Below, piece by piece: positions 29,950 to 38,574 of a DNA stretch of 64,000 nucleotides (position 1 is the first letter of the stretch; each line of letters begins with the position of its first letter). This stretch comes from Acidobacteriota bacterium (GTDB lineage Bacteria; Acidobacteriota; Aminicenantia; Aminicenantales; Saccharicenantaceae). The notes under the pieces were generated by a model that saw only the letters and a list, made by a program, of their open reading frames with translations, was not told the origin of the DNA and made no database searches. The stretch spans positions 324,567 to 388,566 of the forward strand of contig JBDKSB010000001.1 in NCBI GenBank assembly GCA_039683095.1. Reading direction: 5' to 3'. The position numbers and the translations under genes were made by a program.

Positions 29950-30045
29950 TTCTGCGGCGATTTGGTTAAATTATACTAATGAACAATTAATGACTATCGG
30001 TCATAGTAATCGGCCATCATAGCAGTTAATTGAATTTTGTCAAGG
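29950..30045 (-). promoter_or_regulatory. AT-rich divergent promoter/operator region of the tetR-RND operon
   Basis: On the minus strand: TTGACA-N16-TATGAT and a downstream TATAAT. Inverted repeats ATGAC-N5-GTCAT and CAATTAA...TTAATTG are typical of TetR operators. Confidence 0.5.
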
Positions 30046-30175
30046 GACCCGGCTGCCCGCCTCCGCGGGAAGGGCTGCACGTCCCGGATCCCGGCGGCCG
30101 CCGCGATAAGCCGTTGACACGCGGCCGGAGCCGGGCATATGATGCCGGGGATCGGAAACCTGGGAGGTGTCGCCC

Positions 30176-30697
30176 ATGATCCAGGCCCTTATCAAGATCC
30201 TCAAGGTCCTCAACTCCGAGACGCATCCGGCCCAGATCTCGCTCGGGCTCTGCTTCTCGGTCATCGTCGCCTTCACGCCGAAGTTCAGCGTCCACAACGT
30301 CGTCATCCTGTTCCTCATCCTCTTTTTCCGCATCAACCTGTCCGCCTTCCTTCTCGGCGGCTTCCTCTTCTCGGGCGTCGGCGCCCTGCTCGACCCCCTG
30401 TTCCACAAGCTGGGCCTGGCCCTCCTGACCGTTCCCGGCCTGGAGAAGCTCTGGACGGCCTTCTACAACGCCACCATGTGGCGGGTCGAGCGGTTCAACA
30501 ACTCCGTCGTCATGGGCGCCCTCTTCTCCGGGCTGGTCCTGTTCGTGCCGCTCTATTTCCTCTTCAACGCCTGCGTCCGCTACTACCGCAAGCACGTCTA
30601 CGACCGTGTTCAGAAGCTGAAGATCATGAAGCTCATCAAGGGCAACGACCTCTACCAGAGATACCGTAGCCTCAAGGAATGGGGAGGCCTGGCATGA
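30176..30697 (+). CDS. TIGR03546-family small membrane protein
   Basis: MIQALIKILKVLNSETHPAQISLGLCFSVIVAF... RBS gggagg. A TTGACA-N18-TATGAT promoter lies upstream. Confidence 0.65.
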   Translation: MIQALIKILKVLNSETHPAQISLGLCFSVIVAFTPKFSVHNVVILFLILFFRINLSAFLLGGFLFSGVGALLDPLFHKLGLALLTVPGLEKLWTAFYNATMWRVERFNNSVVMGALFSGLVLFVPLYFLFNACVRYYRKHVYDRVQKLKIMKLIKGNDLYQRYRSLKEWGGLA

Positions 30698-32523
30698 CGG
30701 CCCCGAGCGAGCCCAAGCTCCAGGGACCGGCGGGGACGCCCGAGCCGGCGCCGGCTGAAAACGGCCGGAAGAACCGGAAGACCCGGAAGAGATCGACGAT
30801 CGTCCGCTGGCAGGGCATCATCATCTTCTTCGTCGTCTGCGCCCTGCTGGCGGCCTTCTGGCGGCTCTTCCTCAACGGCTTCACCGAGCGGGCCATCGAG
30901 AAGACGGGCGCGGCCATCGTCGGCGCCGAGGTCGATCTCGACGCGGCCCGCGTCTCGCTCTCGCCGCTCGGCATCACGTTATCGGGGCTCCAGGTGACGA
31001 ACCCGGCCGCGCCGGCCACTAACATCGTCGAGGCCGGCCGCATCGCCTTCCACATGGACGGCCAGAACGCCCTCCGCCACAAGGTCATCATCGACGAGAT
31101 GCGCGTCGAGGGCGTCCGGCTGAACTCGCCGCGCAAGAGGCCGGGGTTCGTCTCCAAGACCGAGGGCCCGAGCGTGATCCAGCAGCTGGCCGAGCTGCCC
31201 TCGTTCGTCATCCCGAACGTCAAGGAGGTCTTCGAAGAGGAGAAGGCCAACCTGCCGTCGCTCAAGCTGATCGCCGGGGCGGTCGAAGACAGCCAGAGGG
31301 CCCGGGCCAAGTGGGACGGGAAGATCAGGGAGATCAGGGCGGCCTCCGACCCGGACAAGTACCAGAAGATGTACGAGGCGCTCAAGGCGAGGAAGGGCAA
31401 GGCCTCACTCGGCAACATCCTCGGCGGCGCCAAGGACGTCGTCGCCCTCCAGAAGCAGGTGCGGGAGGACCTCAAGACCATCGCTTCGGCCAAGAACGAG
31501 TTCACGGCCGACGCCTCCGCCCTCAAGAAGGTCGTCACGGACGCGCCCGCTCTGGTCGCCTCCGACGCCCAGAGGCTGATCGAGAAATACTCTTTCAGCC
31601 AAGCGGGGCTGGCGAACATCAGCCGGCTCCTGTTCGGCGGCAAGATCGCCGGCCAGGTCTCTTCCGCGCTCCGGTGGAACGAGCGGCTGTCGCCCCTCAT
31701 CGACCGGATCAAGACCAAGGTCAAGGGCAGGGACGCGGTCAAGCCGCTCCGGGCGAAAGGGCTGGACGTGCGGTTCCGCGAGGACCGCCCCCTGCCGGAC
31801 TTCCTGGCCCGCCTGATCAACGTCTCGATCAGCCTGCCGGCCGGGGACTTCGGGGGCCGGATCGAGAACCTGACGCCCGACCAGGACGTCCTCGGGCAGC
31901 CGCTCAAGTTCCGCTTCTCGGGCGAGAACCTCAAGGGCCTCAAATCGGCGGTCCTCGAAGGCGCGTTCGACCGGACCCGCGCCGACGCCCGGAAGGACAT
32001 CCTGAACTTCCGCGTCCGGGGCTATCAGGCCCGCGGCCTGAAGCTCTCGACGAGCCGGGCCCTGCCGGTCTCGCTGGCCGAAGGATCGGTGGACCTCGAC
32101 GCCGGCGCGACCGTGGAGAAGGGGCGAATCTCCGCCAGGATCTCCGCCGGGCTCCGGGGGGTCCGCCTGGCGATCGAGAAGACGGAAGAACGCCAGGCCC
32201 TGGCCGGCCGGGTGGATGCGGCGCTCCGGACCGCCCTCCTGTCCGTCTCGAACCTGAGCCTCACGGCCGAGATCACGGGCGCCTCCGACAGCTTCGAGGT
32301 CAAGGTCCGCTCGGACATCGACGACCTCCTCAAGAACGCGGCCGGCGCCGTCGTCCGGGACCAGATGGCGGGATTGGAGAAGGACCTGAAGGCGGCGATC
32401 AACGAACGGGCGGCCGGGCCGCTGGAGAAGCTCGGCTCGGGCCTCAAGGGGCTCGACGGCTGCGGCCTCGAGCTGGACGGCCTGTCCAAGCGCCTGAACG
32501 ACCTCCTGAAGAAGTGGAAATAG
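30694..32523 (+). CDS. TIGR03545-family large protein (membrane-anchored, AsmA/DUF748-like)
   Basis: Starts at an ATGA overlap with the upstream stop. N-terminal TM IIFFVVCALLAAFWRLFL, then a long mixed alpha/beta region. This is the usual partner of TIGR03546. Confidence 0.65.
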   Translation: MTAPSEPKLQGPAGTPEPAPAENGRKNRKTRKRSTIVRWQGIIIFFVVCALLAAFWRLFLNGFTERAIEKTGAAIVGAEVDLDAARVSLSPLGITLSGLQVTNPAAPATNIVEAGRIAFHMDGQNALRHKVIIDEMRVEGVRLNSPRKRPGFVSKTEGPSVIQQLAELPSFVIPNVKEVFEEEKANLPSLKLIAGAVEDSQRARAKWDGKIREIRAASDPDKYQKMYEALKARKGKASLGNILGGAKDVVALQKQVREDLKTIASAKNEFTADASALKKVVTDAPALVASDAQRLIEKYSFSQAGLANISRLLFGGKIAGQVSSALRWNERLSPLIDRIKTKVKGRDAVKPLRAKGLDVRFREDRPLPDFLARLINVSISLPAGDFGGRIENLTPDQDVLGQPLKFRFSGENLKGLKSAVLEGAFDRTRADARKDILNFRVRGYQARGLKLSTSRALPVSLAEGSVDLDAGATVEKGRISARISAGLRGVRLAIEKTEERQALAGRVDAALRTALLSVSNLSLTAEITGASDSFEVKVRSDIDDLLKNAAGAVVRDQMAGLEKDLKAAINERAAGPLEKLGSGLKGLDGCGLELDGLSKRLNDLLKKWK

Positions 32524-32621
32524 CCGGGGGTAGCCCCGGGGAGGACGGAATCCCGGCAGGCGGAACAGGCGGGGGCCGCGGGAAGCCGTCCCGTCTCGCA
32601 GCCGGGGGGCCGGCCCCCGGC

Positions 32622-32644
32622 GTGCCAGTTGGCACATATCTTGC
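32622..32644 (+). promoter_or_regulatory. Sigma-54-type -24/-12 element (TGGCAC-N5-TTGC) embedded in the near-palindrome GTGCCAGTTGGCAC
   Basis: gtgccagtTGGCACatatcTTGCcg. The GG/GC spacing is exact for RpoN promoters. Confidence 0.35.
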
Positions 32645-32744
32645 CGAAAGCAAGATGAAGGAGGCGCCATGCCGGCTGACGGTCGCCATCGCTGCCTGAC
32701 CATCCGCATCCTCTATCCCCGACCCGGCGGCGGGGCCTAGGCCC

Positions 32745-33044
32745 GTGGACAGGCCGAGGACCGCATATCTCGACAGGCCCGGCGGGAGGATCGCTTTTAA
32801 CGTCGCCGGCCGTGGACCGCTCGTCATCATGGGCAGCCGGGATGCCGACTCCCCCGACCCGGAGGCGGAAGCCGGGCTGGTCGCCGGACGCCTGAACGGC
32901 CGGGTCCTGATGGTGTCCGGGGCCGGCCACTATCCCCAGGCCGAGTATCCCGAGGTGGTGAATCCGGCCGTCATCGGATTCCTGGACTCGATCTCGCGCC
33001 GGGTTCGGCCATACGCAGGCGGAGGACGGCAAGCGGGCGCTTGA
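32745..33044 (+). pseudogene. Alpha/beta-hydrolase remnant (N- and C-terminal segments only; catalytic-serine region missing)
   Basis: GRIAFNVAGRGPLVIMG (N-terminal motif) runs directly into LMVSGAGHYPQAEYPEVVNPAVIGFL (C-terminal His motif) within only 99 aa. Confidence 0.4.
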
Positions 33045-33154
33045 CTCCCGCCCGGCTCCGGGCTATCTTCCCTTCGCGCGCCGCGGCCGCGATCCCTGCC
33101 CGAAAAGTGGACGGCCGAGGGCCGGGCGGACCGGGCGCATACCGGAGAACGGGC

Positions 33155-33922
33155 ATGACCAAGAAGTGGTACGAAGCGCTCTTCACTGATTTCGCGGAAG
33201 CCTACGACAAGGAGGCTTTCACCCGCGGCACCCCCGGCGAGTGCGACTTCCTCGAGTCCGAGATCGGCGGCGACCGCTCGGTCCCGATCCTCGACATCGG
33301 CTGCGGCACGGGCCGGCACGCGATCGAGCTGGCCCGGCGCGGCTACAAGGTGACGGGGATCGACCTGTCGCCGTCCCAGATCGACCGGGCCCGGGCCAAG
33401 GCCGCGGCCGCCGGGGTCGCCCCGGATTTCCGGGTCGGCGACGCCCGGGCCCTCCGCTTCGGCCCCGAGTTCGGCCTGGCCGTCATGCTCTGCGAGGGCG
33501 CCTTCCCGCTCATGGAGACCGACGAGATGAACTTCGAGATCCTGCGCGGCGCGGCCCGGGCGCTGCGCCCGCGCGGCAAGCTGGTCATGACCACGCTCAA
33601 CGGCCTCTTCCCGCTGCACCGTTCGGTCGGTCAATTCGAGAACGAGGGCAAGGGCGAAGACGAGGCCGCGACCGGGGGCCACGACTTCGACCTGATGACC
33701 TTCCGGATGCATTCCAGGCTCAAGGCCCGCGACGACCACGGTTGCCCGATCGAGATCGACTGCGACGAGCGCTGGTACGTCCCCTCCGAGCTGGCCTGGC
33801 TGCTCAAGCAGGCCGGGTTCGCCTCGGTCGGGATCTTCGGCGCCAGGCTGGGCGGCTTCAGCCGCTCGGACCGGCTGACCCCTGACGACTTCGAGATGCT
33901 GGCCGTGGCCGTGAAGCCCTGA
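33155..33922 (+). CDS. Class I SAM-dependent methyltransferase
   Basis: ILDIGCGTGRHAIELARRGYKVTGIDLS (motif I) and a post-I acidic residue. Confidence 0.8.
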   Translation: MTKKWYEALFTDFAEAYDKEAFTRGTPGECDFLESEIGGDRSVPILDIGCGTGRHAIELARRGYKVTGIDLSPSQIDRARAKAAAAGVAPDFRVGDARALRFGPEFGLAVMLCEGAFPLMETDEMNFEILRGAARALRPRGKLVMTTLNGLFPLHRSVGQFENEGKGEDEAATGGHDFDLMTFRMHSRLKARDDHGCPIEIDCDERWYVPSELAWLLKQAGFASVGIFGARLGGFSRSDRLTPDDFEMLAVAVKP

Positions 33923-34025
33923 GCCCGGCCGGCCCCGTCCGGAACGACGGCCCGCGGCGCCGGCGCCGCTTTTTCGATGCGATATAATCGAAATGGGCCG
34001 ACCCTTTCGGCATCGCGAGGTGATC

Positions 34026-36434
34026 ATGGACAGACGGCGGCTTGTCGGTTTCGTTGGCCTGACGGCCCTTTGGCTGATGCCTCTCTCTCTCCCGGCCGGG
34101 TCCGGGCCGGCCGCGCCAGCGGTCGCGCCGAAGGCCCGTCCCTTGCCGCTCGGCGACGTGCGGCTGACCGGCGGCCCCTTGAAACATGCCCAGGACCTGG
34201 ACGCCGCCTACCTGCTCTCGCTTTCGACCGACCGCATGATGGCCTTCCTCCGCAAGGCGGCCGGGCTCGAGCCCAAGGCCCCCGGATACGGCGGCTGGGA
34301 CGGCGACGACCGCCAGCTGACCGGCCACATCGCCGGCCATTACCTTTCCGGCGTGAGCCTGATGTACGCGGCGACGGGCGACCCGCGGTTCAAGGAGCGG
34401 GCCGACGCCCTCGTAGCCGAGCTGCGGGCCGTCCAGGACAAGAACGGCGACGGCTACATCGGCGCCCAGACCGACCGGGCCGGAACGCCGGGGAAGGTCC
34501 TCTACGGCCAGATCGCCGCCGGCGACATCCGCTCGTCCGGCTTCGACCTCAACGGCATGTGGTCGCCCTGGTACGTCCAGCACAAGATCTTCGCCGGCCT
34601 GCGGGACGCCTATCGTTTCGCCGGGAGCCGGTCGGCCCTGGAGGTCGAGACCCGGTTCGCGGCCTGGGCCGAAGGGGTCCTGTCCGGGCTCGATGACGCC
34701 CAGATCCAGAAGATGCTGAACACCGAGTTCGGCGGCATGAACGAGGTCCTGGTCGACCTCTGTGCCGACACGGGCGACCGGCGCTGGCTCGCCCTCGCCG
34801 ACCGGTTCGAGCACCGCGCGATCGTCGAGCCCCTGGCCAGGGGCGAGGACATCCTGCGCGGCAAGCACGGCAACACCCAGGTCCCCAAGCTCCTCGGCGT
34901 GCTGGCCCGCTACGTCGCCACGGGCCGGCCGTCCGACGGCGCCGCGGCGAGGTTCTTCTGGGACCGCGTGGCCCTCCATCACAGCTTCGCCACCGGCGGC
35001 CACGGCCGGAACGAGTACTTCGGCGAAGCGGACAAGCTCGACGACATGATCGAGGGCCGGACGGCCGAGACCTGCAACGTCTACAACATGATCAAGATGT
35101 CCCGGGCCCTGTTCGCCCTCGACCCGCAGATCCGTTACGCCGATTTCCACGAGCGGGCCCTCTTCAACCATATCCTCGGCTCTATGGACCCGGCCGACGG
35201 CTCGACCTGTTACATGGTCCCCGTGGGCCAGGGCGTCGTCCGCGAGTACCAGGACATGCAGGAGGACTTCACCTGCTGCGTCGGCTCGGGCATGGAGAGC
35301 CATGCCCTCCACGGCTACGGGATCTACGACGGATCGGGGGACACGCTCTGGGTGAACCTCTACGCGCCCTCGACGGCGGATTGGCGCGCGGCCGGCGTCC
35401 GGCTGGCCATGGCGACATCCTTTCCGGAGGGCGAGGAGGCCGAGCTGACCATCCGGACGGCGAAGCCGCGCTCCTTCACGATCGCGCTCCGGCGGCCGTA
35501 CTGGGCGGGGGCGGGCTTCTCGGTCACGGTCAACGGCGAGGCCGTGAAGGATCCCGGCCCGGCCGGGTCCTACGTCCGCATCTCCCGAAAATGGCGGACG
35601 GGGGACAAGGTGGCCCTGATCCTGCCCAAGGCCCTCCGGCTGGAGCCCCTCCCGGACAATCCCGACCGGGCGGCCATCCTCTGGGGCCCGCTCGTCCTGG
35701 CCGGCGACCTCGGGCCGATCCCGGCGCGGCAGCCCCGGGACGAATCCATCGCGACGGCGGCCACGGCCGCCGAGTGGCCGGCGACGCCAGTCCTCGTGAC
35801 CGCCGAAACCTCCCTCGACGCCTGGATCAAGCCCGTGGCCGGGAGGCCCGGGGTCTTCCGGACCGCCGGCGCCGGCCGCGACAGGGACGTCGATCTCGTC
35901 CCGTTCTATCGCCTGCACCGGCGCGTCTACGCGGCCTACTGGGATATCCTGACCCCGCGGAAGTGGGAGGAACGGGCGGCGTCCCTGAAGGCGGCCGAGG
36001 AGGCCCGGCGCCGGCTCGAGGCGACCACGGTCGCCTTCGCCCAGCCGGGACAGATGCAGTCCGAGCGGGACTTCAACCAGCAGGGCGGCAGGACCTTCCC
36101 GGCCCAGCTCCGGGGCCGGTACGGACGACGGGCGGCCGACTGGTTCTCGTTCGACCTGGCCGTCGATCCCTCGGCGCCGCTGAGCCTGATCGTGACCTGC
36201 AGCCGCGAGGAGCCGGCCGACCGCGCCTTCGCCATCCTGGTCGACGGCCGGAAGGTCGGGGAGCAGCGCATCCCCCGGCGCAGCCCGCAGGAGAAAGAGG
36301 GCTTCTTCGACGCCGCCTATCCCATCCCGGCCGAGGCCGTCGCCGGCAAGACGAAGGTCACGGTCCGGTTCGAAGGGATCGAAGGCCGCGAGACCGGAAC
36401 GGTGTTCGGCATCCGGATCGTTCGGATCGATTGA
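34026..36434 (+). CDS. Glycoside hydrolase family 127 (beta-L-arabinofuranosidase-like, DUF1680) with a Tat-type signal
   Basis: MDRRRLVGFVGLTALWLM. Conserved GHxxGHYLS, ETCNVYNM and CC/C Zn-site cysteines. Confidence 0.8.
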   Translation: MDRRRLVGFVGLTALWLMPLSLPAGSGPAAPAVAPKARPLPLGDVRLTGGPLKHAQDLDAAYLLSLSTDRMMAFLRKAAGLEPKAPGYGGWDGDDRQLTGHIAGHYLSGVSLMYAATGDPRFKERADALVAELRAVQDKNGDGYIGAQTDRAGTPGKVLYGQIAAGDIRSSGFDLNGMWSPWYVQHKIFAGLRDAYRFAGSRSALEVETRFAAWAEGVLSGLDDAQIQKMLNTEFGGMNEVLVDLCADTGDRRWLALADRFEHRAIVEPLARGEDILRGKHGNTQVPKLLGVLARYVATGRPSDGAAARFFWDRVALHHSFATGGHGRNEYFGEADKLDDMIEGRTAETCNVYNMIKMSRALFALDPQIRYADFHERALFNHILGSMDPADGSTCYMVPVGQGVVREYQDMQEDFTCCVGSGMESHALHGYGIYDGSGDTLWVNLYAPSTADWRAAGVRLAMATSFPEGEEAELTIRTAKPRSFTIALRRPYWAGAGFSVTVNGEAVKDPGPAGSYVRISRKWRTGDKVALILPKALRLEPLPDNPDRAAILWGPLVLAGDLGPIPARQPRDESIATAATAAEWPATPVLVTAETSLDAWIKPVAGRPGVFRTAGAGRDRDVDLVPFYRLHRRVYAAYWDILTPRKWEERAASLKAAEEARRRLEATTVAFAQPGQMQSERDFNQQGGRTFPAQLRGRYGRRAADWFSFDLAVDPSAPLSLIVTCSREEPADRAFAILVDGRKVGEQRIPRRSPQEKEGFFDAAYPIPAEAVAGKTKVTVRFEGIEGRETGTVFGIRIVRID

Positions 36435-36470
36435 ACGCCCCGCGCCTTCGAGCGGGCCGCGGCCGGGCCC

Positions 36471-37247
36471 TTAGGCCTCGATCGACCCCGTGAAGACGAA
36501 GGTCGCCGGGCCCGCGAGCCGGACGTTCGTGACCAGGTCCCCCCGGATCTCGAACTCGACCCTCAGGCGTCCGCCCCGGGCCCGGACGTCGACGGGGCCG
36601 CCGGCGGCATGCGCCCTCAGGGCGGAGGCGATGGCCGAGGCGGTCACTCCCGTGCCGCAGGCCCAGGTCTCCTCTTCCACTCCCCGCTCGAACGTCCGGA
36701 TGTAAAGGCCCTCGGGCGTCGTCTCGACGAAATTGACGTTCGTGCCGCCCGGCGCGAACAGGGGAGACCAGCGCCATTTCCGGCCTTCGGCGGCGACGTC
36801 GATCCCGTCGATCCCGGAGGCGAAGATGACCAGGTGGGGGGACCCGGTGTCGAGGAAATAGTGCCCTTCGACCGCCCGGCATCCCCGGACGTCGGAGAGC
36901 CGGAGCCGGACCGTGTCCCCCGCGACATCCGCCTCGTGGAGCCCGTCATAGGCCAGGAATCTCTGCCGCGGTCCGGCGATCTTCCGTCTCAGGGCGAAGC
37001 TGGCGGCGCACCGGCCTCCGTTGCCGCACATCGACCCGGGCCGGCCGTCGGCGTTGAAATAGCGCATCTCGTAATCGGCCCGGTCGGAGGGAAGGATCAG
37101 GATCAGCCCGTCGGCTCCGACCCCGAAGCGGCGGTCGCACAGCCGGCGGACGAGGTCCGCGTCGCCGGGATCGAGGACGTTGTCGCGGCCGTCGACGATG
37201 ACGAAATCGTTGCCGGCGCCCTGGTACTTGTCGAAGCGGATCGTCAT
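36471..37247 (-). CDS. dapF: Diaminopimelate epimerase
   Basis: FDKYQGAGNDFVIVD, SMCGNGGRC and ACGTG active-site cysteines. Confidence 0.85.
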   Translation of the reverse strand: MTIRFDKYQGAGNDFVIVDGRDNVLDPGDADLVRRLCDRRFGVGADGLILILPSDRADYEMRYFNADGRPGSMCGNGGRCAASFALRRKIAGPRQRFLAYDGLHEADVAGDTVRLRLSDVRGCRAVEGHYFLDTGSPHLVIFASGIDGIDVAAEGRKWRWSPLFAPGGTNVNFVETTPEGLYIRTFERGVEEETWACGTGVTASAIASALRAHAAGGPVDVRARGGRLRVEFEIRGDLVTNVRLAGPATFVFTGSIEA

Positions 37248-37341
37248 GCGGGTTCGAGCCACCTCCCGGAATGATACGGGAGGCCCGGCGTCGCGTCAAG
37301 GAACCGCGGACCGGCGCCTCGGCGGGGCGGCCCGGCCGCGG

Positions 37342-38340
37342 TCAGCTCCTGTAGAAGTCGATGTTCTCCGCGGTGACGATGTCGATCTGCATCGTCACGT
37401 TCTTCGGGACCGGCTCCTTGAGGACGACGTGGCGGTAGAGGGTGCAGACGCCCTCGTACCCCTGGCGTTCCGGCTGCTGGCTGATGAGGAAATCGATGAC
37501 CCCTTCGCGGAGCCAGCGGACGTTCTCGTCGATGAGGTCGTAGCCGACGATATGGATCTTCCCCGACACGCCGCGGGACTTGACGAAAGCCGCGGCATAG
37601 TGGGTGCTGGCGTTGGATACGAAGATGCCGCGGAGGTCCGGATGCCTGGCGATGATCCGGCGGACCGTGCGGGCGCTGGCGGCCAGCGTCCCCTCGCCGT
37701 CGAACTCATAGACCTCGCTCGTGATCCCGGGGCAGCGCCGGCAATAGGACTGGAAGCCCTTGACCCGGTCGTCGATATGGAAATCCTTGGGCAGGACCTT
37801 GATGATGGCGACATGCCCCGGCGCCGTCACCAGCAGCCTCATGAGCCGGGCCGAGAGAACGCCGCTCTGGAAGGAATCCTGGCCGATGGACGAGAGGTGG
37901 GGGACGCCGGGGATGAACGAGTCGAAGAAGACGCAGGGCGTACGGTGCGGCCAGGCCCGCAGGAACTTCTCGAAGGCCTCGGACGCGACCGGGGCGACGA
38001 GAAGGCCGTCGAGCGCGGCGGCCAGGACCTGCCGCCGGGCCCGGGCGAAGGACGAAGCGGAGTGCTTGTCATAGAAGAAGCGGCGGATGCGGACGTTCTG
38101 GGAACGGAGCTCGGCCTCGGCCCTGGCGACGCCCCGGAGCGGCAGGGTCCAGTAGCCGCCGTCCTGGGCCGGCCGAGGCATCAGGACGCCGAAGACGAAG
38201 GCCTTGCCCAGCTTGAGGTTCCGGGCGAAGATGTTGGGCTTGTACTCGAGGTCCTTGACGATGCGCAGGATGCGCTTCTCCGTCGCCGGCGAGACCCGGC
38301 CGCGCTTGTGAAGGACCCGGTCGACCGTTCCGATGGACAC
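37342..38340 (-). CDS. LacI-family transcriptional regulator (start codon uncertain; the HTH may extend upstream)
   Basis: The periplasmic-binding-fold C-terminus is typical of LacI. The ORF as drawn begins GTG...SIGTVDRVLHKRG. The in-frame upstream sequence TIKTIARLAGVSIGTVDRVL completes a canonical HTH but has no ATG/GTG/TTG. Only ATC follows the RBS ggaggagaa. Confidence 0.7.
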   Translation of the reverse strand: MSIGTVDRVLHKRGRVSPATEKRILRIVKDLEYKPNIFARNLKLGKAFVFGVLMPRPAQDGGYWTLPLRGVARAEAELRSQNVRIRRFFYDKHSASSFARARRQVLAAALDGLLVAPVASEAFEKFLRAWPHRTPCVFFDSFIPGVPHLSSIGQDSFQSGVLSARLMRLLVTAPGHVAIIKVLPKDFHIDDRVKGFQSYCRRCPGITSEVYEFDGEGTLAASARTVRRIIARHPDLRGIFVSNASTHYAAAFVKSRGVSGKIHIVGYDLIDENVRWLREGVIDFLISQQPERQGYEGVCTLYRHVVLKEPVPKNVTMQIDIVTAENIDFYRS

Positions 38341-38463
38341 CCCGGCCAGCCGGGCGATGGTCTTGATCGTTCCGATGCTCGTTCTCCTCGGCGCCCTGGC
38401 GAGCGGCGTTGCCTATGATATAAGGACCATTCCCATCCAAGTCAAGGAAATCGAAAAAACGGC

Positions 38464-38523
38464 TTGACAACGGGTCGATTCCGCTTATTATCAATGTGTA
38501 CGATAACGCAGGAATTATCCTGC
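38464..38523 (+). promoter_or_regulatory. Promoter (TTGACA-N16-TATTAT) plus the 16-bp inverted repeat GCAGGAattaTCCTGC (candidate LacI-family operator) upstream of the TonB-dependent receptor
   Basis: Read directly from the sequence. The operator-like palindrome lies ~17 nt downstream of the -10. Confidence 0.5.
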
Positions 38524-38574
38524 GCTTCCGCGATGACATAGATTTCCCGAAATCAACAGCAGAAAGGAGAGGCC

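Noticed and set aside
32657-32701. 14-codon ORF MKEAPCRLTVAIAA downstream of the sigma-54-like element
   Set aside because: Too short and with no supporting features; likely chance.
33858-35918. 686-aa minus-strand ORF
   Set aside because: Antisense to the GH127 gene.
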